Shown here one piece after another: positions 14,626-29,544 of a stretch of DNA of 64,000 nucleotides. Position 1 is the stretch's first letter, and every line of letters starts with the position of its first letter. The DNA is taken from positions 102,362,001 to 102,426,000 of the forward strand of contig OZ024743.1 of NCBI GenBank assembly GCA_964016885.1, given 5' to 3'. The notes below the pieces were generated by a model. That model was not told the origin of the DNA and ran no database searches. It saw only the letters and a list, made by a program, of their open reading frames with translations. Source of the DNA: Eledone cirrhosa. Taxonomy: Eukaryota. Made by a program: the position numbers and the translations under genes.

Positions 14626-15431
14626 TCCCTCAATATGTCTTCTCATGTTTTCTTTCTTCTCCTCTGGAAATAATTGACTCTTTCCAGGAATAGAATGAGA
14701 TGGGCTCGACCAGGTTCCAATGCAAAACTCTTGTCACAACGGCACCATTAGTATTTCATTAGGACTTAATTGCATGTGCATCTACAGAAAGGCTTTGATT
14801 TCTTACACACCACTGTATGGTGTTCTAATATTTAAACATTTGATAGGAAAGAATTCTAATTAGGAATTATATGTTATCAAAACGGTAGGTCTGTTATGCA
14901 ACGATTCAGCTTAGAATCTTACCTTTTATTAAGTGATTTGTTTCAGAAATAAAATAAAACATTACACCCAAAATAATATTAATAGTATGGATAAAGAAAA
15001 CAAAAATTCGATAAGAATATAAAATTCAGTGATGAAATAGATTGTGGAGTATTATGTATGTTACATTATATATGCTGAGTAAACATAAATAATAATTACT
15101 TTCTCCGAGTCGGCACAAAGCCAAGAAATGATGGTAAGGAATATAAACACTTGAAGCTAATTCACGCTTTTTAATGCTTATTCTATTGAAGTCTTGTGGG
15201 CGTGAGGCAAATTTATCTCCAATCGGGTTTGAATAATGAAGAGAGACAGAGACACGTCATCAGATACTACAAGAAGTCGGTGAATTTGTAACCATTTCAG
15301 GCAATCCACTGGCTTCAAGCTGCTATTAATAATAATATATGTTGTAATTTAACACGCACACAGACAGACAAAGGCATATACACACACACGCGCGCAGATA
15401 CACACACACACACACAGGCCCACACACACAG

Positions 15432-15525
<94 letters not shown>

Positions 15526-15881
15526 GTACGTCGTTTAACATGTTAGTAATATATTTTCTATCAGCTTAAATAGCTTAGTGTACATATACAATGCAAAGAG
15601 CTGAACATAAATGCGTACACACACGTATACTTTGCACATTCAAATACTTGATCCCTACAAAACATTGAAGCTTAGTAATAAACTACAACCATTTGCCTCC
15701 TCTCTCTGTTTTCTCTTTTCTCTTTCGCTACACTTTCCTTTCTGTTTCGTCAAACATAGATGAAATTACCCATTTGCATATATATCTAACTCATCTATGG
15801 ATTCCTCAGTGTATATGTGAACTGTAAAACTCCCACAAATCATGCCATTGTCTCACAACTAGATCCCATTGTAACAACGCT

Positions 15882-15919
<38 letters not shown>

Positions 15920-16823
15920 GTGTCACTCTTTCCTGTTACCCTATACAACCAACAGCTATAACCATACATCATATTTGAAGTTTAGGATTAATAGCATTAA
16001 CCTCCCTCAGCTATTCTGACACGCATCAAAACTGGAGGTCTCGAAGTATTACGAAAACACATCTTCCTACGTTTATGCTTTTGTTATACTGTCTGGCACT
16101 GTTTAGACAAAGTTGATTTAAGGATCGACTAAGGTATGAATGAAAAGGTTTGATTCATTATACCACCGGGTGTTCAGTTTCCATTAATAAAGTATTTCAT
16201 TTCACTGTAAATTACCAGCAGAGATAATTCCAAACATCTCGTATGCGCGAAAACTATCGTCTCGAGTGACATCTTCAGCGATGTAATTAGAATGTCCTTC
16301 TCCCATGATATACCAGGCAAACGTTAAACAATTACTCTATTTCAATTTACAGTGCTAGGCCTGCTGTATTGTTGTTATATTTCTTTTGTATTTATATTAC
16401 CGAGAAAGCAATATTCGCATATAATTACAATCGAATTTTGAAACCTAATATAACAAACATTGCAATCTTTACCTTTGCCGCCCTTATAAATAAATATCTA
16501 CTAATTATAACAGTCTTGTTCGCTTAACCTCCTAGAGGTTTTGACACGTTTCGTCTTATTGTCATTTCTTATTACAGGCATTCATGAATGTTTATTTGCT
16601 CTGTTCTATTCAATTTCCTCCAATTGCTATTTTGGGGAGTTATGTAGTAGATGTAATATAATATAGTTTATTACTGAGTGTAACATCAATATCCGTCAGT
16701 TTTGCAAATAATTTCCTACTCCTACGATATACGTTGTCATTATTCTTTATCAGTGAATAGCAATATTGTATGCAATATATTTACTCACTGAATATAGACA
16801 TATATCAATATATAAATAAATAA

Positions 16824-16876
<53 letters not shown>

Positions 16877-16959
16877 TATAAATATATATATATATATAAA
16901 TATATATATACATATATATAAATATATATAAATATATATATATATAAATATATATATAC

Positions 16960-17030
<71 letters not shown>

Positions 17031-17081
17031 TATATGTATATATGTATATACATATATATATGTATATATATATGTATATAT

Positions 17082-17288
17082 TACGTTTCTGAATTTGTTT
17101 AATTTGCAAGATTCTTTATCTGAAATCGTGTGTTGAAACCGATATTGTTATACTTTGGGAAGGTCATGTTGCCAATAAGAAACACACGCACCAGTTGCTT
17201 TCACTTCAATTTATTATAATAAATTGAAGTGAAAGCACTGGTGCGTGTGTTTCTTATTGGCAACATGACCCTCCCAAAGTATAACAAT
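17082..17288. mobile_element. PLE 3'-end palindrome, family H
   Basis: Arms ~17143-17216/17217-17288; same sequence at 24152-24226 and 29060-29513. Confidence 0.75.
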
Positions 17289-17321
17289 ATATGTATATAT
17301 ATATATATGTATATATATATG

Positions 17322-17392
<71 letters not shown>

Positions 17393-17396
<4 letters not shown>

Positions 17397-17860
17397 AATG
17401 AATAATAACAGGGAGACATCATAAAAAGGTAATTTATTCCGAGTGCTTACAAATGTTTCAACAGTAGTTATACAGCCTAGTCATGCTATGTGCAAATTGA
17501 TAATTATTTGATTGCAGAAACTTAATTTTCAAATGCTGCCGCTACCATTTCCTCAAAGCAGAATGGTTAAAATGTAAATACCCTTGTATTTCTTAAAGGA
17601 TTTCATGCACATAGCATGACCTGGCTGTATAACTACTGTTGAAACATTTGTAAGAACTCGGAATAAATTACCTTTTTATGATGTCTACCTGTTATTATTC
17701 ATTCTTTATCTACACTCCGGAATACAGAAGGATCAGGAACTGAGTTTTTCCGACTATTCTTCCATAACTCATTGAGTAACTCCACACCGCACTCTATCTA
17801 GTGTAGTAATTAAGCGTTACTGCATTCAGGATAATCGTAAGCATTTCTTGCATAACCTAA
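17393..17860. mobile_element. PLE fold-back, family I, degenerate long-stem-II HHR
   Basis: Arms 17393-17493/17606-17707; homologous to 30120-30265 and 30630-30682. Confidence 0.7.
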
Positions 17861-17943
17861 TAATAATATAAATATATATATATATATACACACACACACA
17901 TATATATGTGTATATATATATATATATATACATATAATATATA

Positions 17944-18015
<72 letters not shown>

Positions 18016-18032
18016 GTATATATATATATATG

Positions 18033-18097
<65 letters not shown>

Positions 18098-18136
18098 GTA
18101 TATATATATGTATATATATATATGTATATATATATG

Positions 18137-18171
<35 letters not shown>

Positions 18172-18216
18172 GTATATATATATGTATATATATATATGTA
18201 TATATATATGTATATA

Positions 18217-18305
<89 letters not shown>

Positions 18306-18337
18306 ATATACGCATATATACATATATATATATATAA

Positions 18338-18730
18338 AAACACAGAAGAGTGTGTTTTTCATTACAGGAATTTCGAACCACCAGCGTGAAGAGAATATAA
18401 GCTACTAGAGGCATGGGTAAATCATTCAAATTAAAAATATGAATTGAAATGAAGTCATCCTCACCTAAATCACACATGTACACACTCATCAATAGCATAT
18501 TTCGCCATTTTAGTGGGTCTTCAGCATGCGGAAGGCCGATACTGTCCGCACTACTAGAGAGAACTAAAATAAACCACCCCTCGCACGTGTAGAAATAAGA
18601 GAAATGCATGGACGGGGCAGTAGTGTCTTTCGCCTCTATATATTGTATTTTAAAGTGCCCATGAAAATTATTTCCTTTGAGCTCATTTAAATTACAGGAT
18701 TATACGTGAGTCATTTGCTCCGTTATTTTA
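18338..18730 (-). mobile_element. PLE-like fragment with degenerate HHR at ~18495-18528
   Basis: Reverse complement gcatg CTGAAGA cccactaaaatggc GAAA tatgc (stem III deleted); embedded in (TA)n. Confidence 0.45.
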
Positions 18731-18731
18731 C

Positions 18732-18811
<80 letters not shown>

Positions 18812-18812
<1 letters not shown>

Positions 18813-19100
18813 GAAAGGATGAATATAAAATGAAAGTGCTTTTTTTTTAAAAAAAGTGCTATCGAATACTTGCTAACATTATATGATTACGCAAGCAGCG
18901 ATACATAGGTATTCCGTCTGTTACAGAAACATATGTCAATACCTAATAAATTCCTTTTTAAAAAAAGCACTTTCATTTTATATTCATCCTTTCTACATTT
19001 TCTCCGGAATATAATTTATACTCGTTGAGCTAACCTGCACGTACGCTGTTCATTTCTAACGTAACGATATATTATCACTACATTATTGATAACCTGAAAT
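18812..19100 (+). mobile_element. PLE-like fold-back fragment, family J
   Basis: Arms 18812-18855/18955-18996; half HHR aggtatt..GAAAcatatGTCaatacct; downstream tccggaat motif. Confidence 0.55.
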
Positions 19101-19121
19101 GTTATATATATATATATATAG

Positions 19122-19179
<58 letters not shown>

Positions 19180-19203
19180 TTTATATATATATATATATAT
19201 ATA

Positions 19204-19258
<55 letters not shown>

Positions 19259-19342
19259 GTATATATATATACATACACATATATATATACATATATCTAT
19301 ATACATATATAAATATACATATATATATATATACATATGTAA

Positions 19343-19641
<299 letters not shown>

Positions 19642-19660
19642 TATATATATATTATATATA

Positions 19661-19835
19661 TTGGCGTTATTGTTAGAGGGTGAGAAATGAATTCCAGCGT
19701 AGTTACGTTCCTTTACGATCTGAGAGCAAATACCGCCAAGGTTAACTTTGCCTTTCATCCTTAGAGGGTCGACAAAATAAAGTTCCAGTAATGTACTGGG
19801 TAATTTCTGGCATTGTGCCAAATGTAGGAACAATT
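19661..19835 (+). mobile_element. tRNA-derived SINE
   Basis: gttaactttgcctttcatccttagagggtcgacaaaataaagttccagt core. Confidence 0.8.
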
Positions 19836-19951
19836 ATATATATATTATATATATGTATATATATATATTATTAATATATATATTTATTATATATATATAT
19901 ATTATATATATATATGTATTATATTATATATATATTTATATATATTATATA

Positions 19952-20214
19952 GGGAAAAGTATGACACCGACGGCAGAGCTGAAGCCGTTTAGACGGCTAT
20001 TTCTGGACTAAATTAGAATATTTAGGCTGGTAAATAAATAGCCGAACTTGTCAAAGGTGTACTACCTTATAAGGAAGTACCCCTTGATAAGTCGAAACGG
20101 TTTCAGCTCTGCCGTCGGGGTCATAGTTTTTCCTATTTTCCCACTCTACTAGCCTAAGTATTGAGTACTCTGGTGCGTTATAGTCCATCTTGTTCCTTAC
20201 TACAATTCCTTCGT
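19952..20214 (+). mobile_element. PLE pLTR fold-back, family G (3' half of HHR)
   Basis: Arms ~19952-20002/20091-20135; GAAAcgg..ccGTC ggggtc; 3' end matches 47151-47230 and 35588-35655. Confidence 0.7.
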
Positions 20215-20218
20215 TATA

Positions 20219-20279
<61 letters not shown>

Positions 20280-20324
20280 CTATATATATATATTATATAT
20301 ATATATATATATATATTATCTATA

Positions 20325-20379
<55 letters not shown>

Positions 20380-20413
20380 CTATATATATATATTAATTAT
20401 ATATATATATATA

Positions 20414-20460
<47 letters not shown>

Positions 20461-20504
20461 TATCTATATATATATATATTATATATATATATATATATTA
20501 TATA

Positions 20505-20583
<79 letters not shown>

Positions 20584-20641
20584 ATATATTATATATATAC
20601 AATATTAAATAAATGGAAAACTATATTTATAAAACCATATT

Positions 20642-20707
20642 TATTTCATTATATATATTTCGGGGATATCATATTAACAATATGCTATGCCTTCATCAGA
20701 CAAAATA
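20642..20707 (-). ncRNA. Type I hammerhead ribozyme in a short insert (20600-20790) within (TA)n
   Basis: Reverse complement tattttgt CTGATGA aggcatagcatattgttaatatgatatcccc GAAA tatata TA atgaaata. Confidence 0.8.
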
Positions 20708-20794
20708 CAATATAAACAGTTTTATAGGTAAATAGATTCGACATACCGTAATAACACCGACTTCATTTGAAGAGGTTTACGCTGGCAGCGTAAT

Positions 20795-20843
20795 AATATA
20801 TATATATATATTATATATATATATATATTATATATATATATAT

Positions 20844-20898
<55 letters not shown>

Positions 20899-21001
20899 AT
20901 TATATATATATATATATTATATATATATATATAGGTTATATATATATATATATTGTATATAAATATATATTTATATATATATATATATATATATAAATAT
21001 A

Positions 21002-21058
<57 letters not shown>

Positions 21059-21411
21059 TATATATTTATATATATATAATATATATATATATAATATATA
21101 TATATATATATTTATATATATATTTATTATATATATAATATATATATATAATATATATATATATTTATATTTATATATATATTTATTATATATATAATAT
21201 ATATATATATAATATATATATATATATATTTATATATATATTTATTATATATATAATATATATATATATAATATATATATATATATATTTATATATATAT
21301 TTATTATATATATAATATATATATATAATATATATATATATTTATATTTATATATATATTTATTATATATATAATATATATATTATATATATATATATAT
21401 TATATATATAT

Positions 21412-21483
<72 letters not shown>

Positions 21484-21538
21484 AATATATATATACATAT
21501 ATATATATTATATATACATTATATATATTATATATATA

Positions 21539-21606
<68 letters not shown>

Positions 21607-21632
21607 TTATATATATATTATATATATATAAA

Positions 21633-21721
<89 letters not shown>

Positions 21722-21832
21722 TATATATATATATATATATATATTATATATTATATACATATATATATTATATGTATATATATATATATTATATATATAT
21801 TATATATATATATATATATTTATATATCTATA

Positions 21833-21879
<47 letters not shown>

Positions 21880-21880
21880 A

Positions 21881-21931
<51 letters not shown>

Positions 21932-21932
21932 A

Positions 21933-22028
<96 letters not shown>

Positions 22029-22043
22029 ATATATATTATATAT

Positions 22044-22110
<67 letters not shown>
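20795..22110. repeat. Long (TA)n/(TTA)-variant array
   Basis: Direct inspection. Confidence 0.97.
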
Positions 22111-22113
<3 letters not shown>

Positions 22114-23819
22114 CGTTGACAAATATATCAATATGCCCAGACATGCAGATATATAGCCCTTGGTATGACTGTGTGGTTTTACCTCAATGTAGGCTAACTA
22201 GTATACTACAGAGCCGTTATGGTTATAGGAATAACCAAAGAGTGCTTAGAAATACATTGTTTTATTAGCTAACAGTGTTTCATCCATACACCTGGCAGGA
22301 ATAATCAGAGCCTATAAACATGAGTATATCAGTAGTTGCATGCTCCATCGAGCTCCGTCACCAGAACAAGGTTAAAGGGCCAGCAGAAGGATCCTGAGGC
22401 CTGCGCTATATGGAAAAAGACAGAATACATGATGCACATAATGTCATAAAATATTTTTAAATTATAAAAATTAAAAATTACACCGAAACTAACTTTATCT
22501 CTTAAATGATGCAATAGACGATAAAGAGGTTGGAAGAGGGTAGCAAGGGATGAGTGAGGGTATTACTCAGCATGATCAGAAACAATAAGAAAATAATTTA
22601 AAAAAAATAAACATGTACAACAATACAGGGATAAGAAAAGATATAAATATAAAAATACAAAACAGTAAAGGAACAAAAAGCCCCCCCCCCCCCCGCCAAA
22701 AAAAAAATATAAGACAAAGCAAAGTATAGATGCATCAAATCACAAGCAGTGCAAAAAGAGGGTGTACAGCCAGATCAAGAGAGTTTGCAAGCATGAGTCT
22801 GTGAAAAGAATAGTTGGTTAGTAGTGGTGCAGCCTTACATGTATGATAGTCCATATGAGGGATGGTGAACTCCAATTATATCGCCTTGTAACAGGTCGAT
22901 TCTCCTTATCATATCCGCACCCTACGAACCACATCGATATGTTCCAGTTCCGAACGTTAAGTGAGATTACACTATTTTTCCAAAACCTATACCCAGGCGA
23001 TTTATCACCATAGGCGGTCTGGGATATACACCTAAAATCTAAAATAAAAAATAAAAGAAAGTACGACGAGTTAAAGAAATGTATGGTACATATACAGCCG
23101 GCACAGATGTGAGGAAATTGAAAACACGCCAGGTCCGCAGAAACTTGCATTCCCCCAAATCCTCACGTTCGGTCGCTCAATCCAACGTGCCAGGTGAAAT
23201 TCACTATATGTCCAAGTTGGCGTTCAACCAATGTATCGCACCGCATACAACTGTACCACAGTAAATACAAATCGTGATGGCTATCCCGTTAAATATAGTG
23301 AAAAAGTGTAGATAGGAAATTCCGCCTACAGAATCACATATGGCAGAATGAGCATATATTTTTACAATAATAGGCGGGTTTATTATAGTGAGTGCAAATC
23401 TCTGTAGAATATATAGATATATATTTGTTTGCTTTCAAGAATATATAGATATATATAGAAGAGAGAACTCACAACCAAACCTGTCAATGACAGCTATGTT
23501 ATTTATATTTGCGGTACGTGGTTTTCGTTGAGATTATTGACTCCGGAGGTTGCAATCCATTTACAGTCAGGTGTCACCCCTCCTGGGTCGGCGGGAGTTC
23601 AATATCCAGTGCTGCACTTTGCTTTGAGTGTGGTTCTATAATTCATCAAAGCTGGATTACAATTTATATTCAACTAACTCCAACTTCAAAAGAATAGTCT
23701 CTCGCTAGTAACACACGACGGTAGTCTGTACATAAACACAGTAAGTCGTAGTGTACGTATGAAAGGTATGGGAGGCAATTCGCGTCATAGAGGGCGAATT
23801 CATTAGATGTCCAACGGGA

Positions 23820-24149
23820 TGCTTGGGCATATGTTTTTCCATTAAATTTGAACATATGTTCCTTAAGGGTTAATTTTATACTGGCCCCCACCGCATGTGC
23901 AATCATTTCCTTTAGTTCATCGTGGTTTTCGGAGGTCCGTATGGCTCTGGTCCACCCGTTCCATCTATCTGTGTGGGTTTTCTTGGCCATTGAGGTAATG
24001 GTAGGTGGTCTGCCTCTTGCTGGTCTTGTAGGGCACAGGTTGCTAAGGTCATATATGTCTAGATAATTATTACTATAGGTAAGTTTAAGTAGGAGTCCCA
24101 GCTCACTGGTATCAATCCCACGGAATTCAACATTGCTCTCACTAATCAT
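23820..24149 (-). pseudogene. Penelope-like reverse transcriptase fragment
   Basis: ..ELGLLLKLTY..RGRPPTIT..EMIAHAVGASIKLTLKEHMFKFNGKTYAQ matches PLE RT (F.F.G..Y.Q before motif B'); abuts an oppositely oriented family H pLTR piece at 24152-24226. Confidence 0.7.
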
Positions 24150-24220
24150 TCAATAATAAATTGAAGTGAAAGCATGTGGTGCGTGTGTTTCTTATTGGCA
24201 ACATGACCATCCCAAAGTAT

Positions 24221-24333
<113 letters not shown>

Positions 24334-24395
24334 TGTATATATATATATATATATCATGTATATATATATATCATGTATATATATATATATATATC

Positions 24396-24469
<74 letters not shown>

Positions 24470-24475
24470 GTTGTG

Positions 24476-24959
24476 CATACATTTTTGTAAAATATGTGTA
24501 AGGGTTATTACATGTATATACACACACCGAACGGCATTAAACCTTTTGTATTTTCATTGGTCAATTTTGTTCCCAAACGGACCTGAAAGTTTGAATTGTT
24601 GTTATTATCAATAAATATATTTCATTATTTCTGAAGACGGCGTATATATGTGTTGGTATGTATATTTAATCTTGATAGTTTGTATAATTTTGTATAATTT
24701 TGTACATAGATCTGTTGAATATGCATGCCAACTCTAACACATATATATCCTAGAAACGATCGTTAAATAATGAACTTTTTTTGTTTAATATAAGGAATTG
24801 TTTATTCATTATTTGTTTAATATTTTATCTTGACTCTGTATACCGTTTATCTTTCACCGAAAGTGATTTTTCATTACATTTCTTCTTTCCATGATATCCG
24901 GAATACATTGAGTTCTTCATACGGATTGGACACTACCGTAAACTCTTGGTAGATTTATC

Positions 24960-24962
<3 letters not shown>
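24476..24962 (+). mobile_element. PLE pLTR, family K
   Basis: Nearly identical to 57865-58350; lies within (TA)n. Confidence 0.85.
24623..24772 (+). ncRNA. Hammerhead ribozyme with ~115-nt stem II
   Basis: cattattt CTGAAGA ..atatatgtgttgg..ctaacacatatat.. GAAA cgatc GTT aaataatg; palindromic AACGATCGTT stem III. Confidence 0.75.
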
Positions 24963-24990
<28 letters not shown>

Positions 24991-24994
<4 letters not shown>

Positions 24995-25400
24995 ATTAAG
25001 TAATAAACAACATAAGGCCATTATTCCATTTACCAGTGGTTTCTTAAAAGCAAAAGGTTTTGCTTTCAATCCTCAGAATGAAAAAATCCTGGTTTGTTTA
25101 TTGAATTTGGATCTTAAAAACAAAAAAAGCAAGCTATATGAAAGTGAGGCTGGAGAAGGAAGAAGGAAAGGAAAAATAAAAATAAAAAAATATAGCTTGC
25201 TTTTTTTGTTTTTAAGATCCAAATTCAATAAACAAACCAGGATTTTTTCATTCTGAGGATTGAAAGCAAAACCTTTTGCTTTTAAGAAACGACTGGTAAA
25301 TGGAATAATTGCCTTATGTTGTTTATTACTTAATAATAATTAAGCTTTGTTGCTTACATAGAGCACTCTTTTTTCCTGGACTTTTCCGACGGAATTACTT
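24991..25400. mobile_element. PLE fold-back, family L, with HHRs on both strands (25027-25080 minus; 25249-25302 plus)
   Basis: Arms 24991-25139/25189-25340; catt CTGAGGA ttgaaagcaaaaccttttgcttttaa GAAA cgactg GTA aatg. Confidence 0.8.
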
Positions 25401-25473
<73 letters not shown>

Positions 25474-25479
25474 ATTATT

Positions 25480-26090
25480 GTTTTAATATAGGTGAGATTC
25501 TCCAGGACTAGAACTGTTTCAATCTTTAGAAATCATCAGGAATCTGGCTTTTCAAAATAAATGTTGTGGTATTTATATCTTTTCAGGTGGTAGGAGAGGG
25601 TACAGAGTGGGATGGGTGGAGGTCATTGGTTGAAAGAAAAGGGAATTCAATAAAAGCTAATTCTTTAAGGCTGTAATTTATATATAGAATGACAAAGGCA
25701 GAAATAATTCTATAAGCAAGTTCAGATTGGGGAGCCACTCCTTATTTTTGAGTTTCTCTTAGGCTAACAATATATTTCAGATGTCTATAAGATGGTTGGG
25801 GCTCGGTCATGGTTGATGGATTTAAAGAAGAGGGAAATTCTTTAAAAACTAATTCTTTAAAGCTCTACTTAGAGAGACAATGGCCAAGAGATGTCTATAA
25901 ACCAGTTCAAAATATTTGTTTCTACTTTAGGCACAAGGCCAGCAATTACGCAGTTCATTACTGGTACTTTATTTTATCGACCCCGTAAGGATGAAAGGCA
26001 AAGTCAACAGTTCAAAATATTGGGTGCCTATCATATCATTATTGTCATGTTTCTCTTAAGCTAAACTCCAGGTGTCAACAGACACATTCA
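25480..26090 (-). mobile_element. PLE 3' region, family F (HHR 25495-25545 with mutated triplet)
   Basis: Homologous to 61870-62455. Confidence 0.75.
25917..26007 (-). mobile_element. 5'-truncated SINE nested in family F, 14-bp TSD
   Basis: cagttcaaaatatt is duplicated at 25903-25916 and 26008-26021. Confidence 0.8.
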
Positions 26091-26477
26091 CACACACACA
26101 CACACACATGCACAAAAACTTTGCAACTTTCAAATAAATTAAGCCAGTGTTAATGCCCGATGGCTAAAAACGACTTCGCCTTTCTTTTTTTTTTCTTTTT
26201 AAATGCCAGCCCCTCTATCTCCCTCCCACCCCACCCCTACCCCTCTTCAAACTGAAACACGGCACTATGGTTATGTAAGTACGTCTTACCTATTTGCATT
26301 TTCTGCCTGTAGAGCTGTTTTCATGTGCCTGTGAATTTGCGTATATTTATGAGTACATGTTTGAATGTATTTGTATGAGTGGCCGTTCGTTTGTATGCAT
26401 ATCGCTGTGTGTACGTGCGTTCATATGTACCCGCATATGGGCATGTTTGTGTATGTTTGTGTGTATATATATATATA

Positions 26478-27756
26478 TTACTCTTTTACTCTTTTACCTG
26501 TTTCAGCCATCCGGCTGAGGCCATGCTGGGGCACCGCCCTTGTTGCTACACATTTTATCTCCAAACTGTATAGGTTGGCCACTGGTGTAAGAGGGAGTTT
26601 GTTGATGCTGCCCTTATGTTTCCCTCGTGCCTTGCTGTGGGCTCTGGATAGCAAAGTGTCGAGATGTTTCTTAACAAATCATGCAAATCTCTCAGATCCC
26701 TCCGCAGCATGTTGAAGATTTGAGGGCCCTTGAATCCCAGGCTATTGCAATACCTGCTCCTTATTCTAGATGTGAAAGACGGGACCTTTGGCACCACACA
26801 GTGACATCCTGTTCGACGGTTGGTCCAGCTCCCAATGCCAAAGTTTGGTGCTAGTCCCTCCAGGATTTTCCAGATGTAGATCACTGCGTATCTCTCCCGT
26901 CTTCGTTCCAAGGAGTAGAGGTTCAGTTCCTTCAGCCTCTCCCAGTAGCTTGTCTCCTTCATCGTGGCAATCCTCTTGGTGTAGCGTCGCTGGATTGTCT
27001 CAAGCTCCGTGGTTAGTTTGACACAATGGGGTGACCACATCTGGGAGCAGTAGTCCAGGCGGCTTAGGACAAATGTCCTCCATAGTGTCAACATGGTATC
27101 TCGGTCTCTTGTCCAGAAAGTCCTCAAGATCGATCCAGCGAGTCGCCTGCACATTGTCGCCACTTTCATGATGTGTGAGGAAAAAGATGCATCATCGCTC
27201 ATGTCTATGCCCAGGTCTCGTATCGATTTTGACACGGGGTTATCGGTCCCTCCTGGTCCTGTGTAGTTGTGTTGTACTATATTTGTGTTTGCAGGTTTGT
27301 GTGGAGGTTTGTATTGTAGGGCTTGGAATTTGCCAGCATTAAACTCCATGTTGTTTTCTTCCGCCCATTTGTATATGGCATCCAGATCTTGTTGTAAAAG
27401 GGTGGCGTCAGCCGGTTTTTTGATTGCCTGTGCTACCTTAGTGTCATCACCATAGCTAGTGAGGGATGTTATTGTATGTACTACAGAGGGCATGTCTGAG
27501 TCTCTCAAAAACAGTAGTGGTCTCAGGTCTGTCCCCTGGGGCACCCCACTTGTTATTGGTGTTTCCTTTGAGAGGGCCCCATTTGCTGCGACTGTCTGGC
27601 TTCAGTCCTTTAGGAACTCATGCAGCCACTCACCTACTTTTCCAGTTATGCCGGGTGTAGTTTGTGACATATCATTCCTTAGTCGACCTTGTCAAAGGCC
27701 TTCGCAAAGTCAAGATATATCACGTCCACGTGTGAGCTGTCTAGTACTTGCTTCAG
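26478..27756 (-). mobile_element. CR1-group LINE, 5'-truncated RT pseudogene
   Basis: YLDFAKAFDKVD, PQGT.L.PLLF, YGDDTK, LQQDLD, RDLG, LDYCS..WSP, SLERRRER; (gtaaaaga)n tail. Confidence 0.9.
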
Positions 27757-27889
27757 TATATATATATACACACACATATACACATATATACATATACACA
27801 TATGTACACACATATATATATATACACACATACACACATATATATATATATACACATGTACGCATATATATACACACACTCACACATAC

Positions 27890-27934
<45 letters not shown>

Positions 27935-27995
27935 CACACACATACACATACAAACACATATACATACACATATACATATACATATATATATAAAC

Positions 27996-28900
27996 TTTGT
28001 GGAAGGAAGGGGTAGCTGAACTTGCCAGTAGAAGAAAGAGGGAGAGGGAGTGGAGGAAACCCAGTGCCCAGTTGATAGTGCCAATTACAGCAGCATCCTA
28101 ACGATAAGAGGTCGAGAAAGTATACTAGGCAGGGGGGGGGGGGGTAAGTCGAAACAATAAGTAAATCAATATGGAGTAAATATATAGAAGAATAATAAGA
28201 ATGTTAAAAATATAAAAAAACAATTTCTGGTTACTATTCCCTTACTACAATCATCAAGTCTCTCAGTGGTACTGCCAAACAACAGAAAAGTTTAATAGGT
28301 GGGACGGAATACTAAGTACGAGATTGTAGTGAAAGAATTTTATGAGTTAGTAGTAATCATCCATATCTATCTTACAGTGACAGGTCAACAGGTAGGGGAC
28401 CAAAATACTAAAGAAACTACTACGAAATAATAATTCAGAGTCCCGAAACTAATACGAAATAATAATTCAGAATCCCGAAAATGAATACTAATACAATCTA
28501 TAAGGGTGCCGCTTCGATACAAACATTCTAATACAAACTACATAAATGCTCGTACGATATATATGAAAAATTTGATACGAATGCTGTTTTCGACGTAACT
28601 TATCCTTACGATCCTGCTGTAGTTGGCACTATCAACGCACGACAGGGTTTCCTCCACTCCCTCTCCCTCTTTCTTCTACTGGCAAGTTCAGCTACCCCTT
28701 CCTTCCACAAAATGCCATGATAGAATTATGTGTCTCAGCAAAAAACTTTTGACCAAACCTTGTGACAACCACTTTTACCATATATGGAATTACCCCCTGA
28801 GAAGCTCGGCTATTCATGTACCAGGATAAAAAATGTTCATTTAGTCCAGAATTAGCCGTCGAAACGGCTTGAGCTCAGCCGTCGGGGTCCTACGCGTTAA
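27996..28900 (+). mobile_element. Family G PLE body with inverted segment; HHR-like motif at 28792-28888
   Basis: Arms ~27996-28120/28590-28710; acccc CTGAGAA gctcggcta..tagccgtc GAAA cggc..gcc GTC ggggt. Confidence 0.6.
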
Positions 28901-28919
28901 TATATATATATATATACTC

Positions 28920-28958
<39 letters not shown>

Positions 28959-28989
28959 CATACACACACACATACATACACAAATACAC

Positions 28990-29059
<70 letters not shown>

Positions 29060-29061
<2 letters not shown>

Positions 29062-29507
29062 CGTTTCTGAATTTGTTTAGCAACATTTTTTATCTGAAAT
29101 CGTGTGTTGAAACCGATATTGTTATACTTTGGGAGGGTCATGTTGCCAATAAGAAACACACGCACCACATGTTTCACTTCAATTTATTATATATTTATAA
29201 ATTTATAAATTTACAAATTTACAAACTTATAAATTTCTGGTTGGTTGGTTGGTTGGTTCCACAACCAGATAGTTGTTTATATATAGTCATAGTCCTTTCG
29301 TCACACACTCTGTGACCTCTTCAGTGACTGGGGATTCCTTTCTTTGTTTCTGTGCCTTTCCTTTCTTCTATCCTACTATATATAAACAACCAGAAATTTA
29401 TAAGTTTGTAAATTTGTAAATTTATAAATTTATAAATATATAATAAATTGAAGTGAAAGCAACTGGTGCGTGTGTTTCTTATTGGCAACATGACCCTCCC
29501 AAAGTAT

Positions 29508-29513
<6 letters not shown>
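29060..29513 (-). mobile_element. PLE pLTR fold-back, family H
   Basis: Arms ~29116-29245/29385-29513 around the HHR. Confidence 0.75.
29285..29329 (-). ncRNA. Minimal hammerhead ribozyme
   Basis: Reverse complement agtca CTGAAGA ggtcacagagtgtgtgac GAAA gga CTA tgact. Confidence 0.75.

Positions 29514-29541
<28 letters not shown>

Positions 29542-29544
<3 letters not shown>

Noticed and set aside
22818-23700. Short ORFs in unique-looking sequence
   Set aside because: No recognisable motifs; may be the 3' region of the neighbouring PLE, but this cannot be supported from the window
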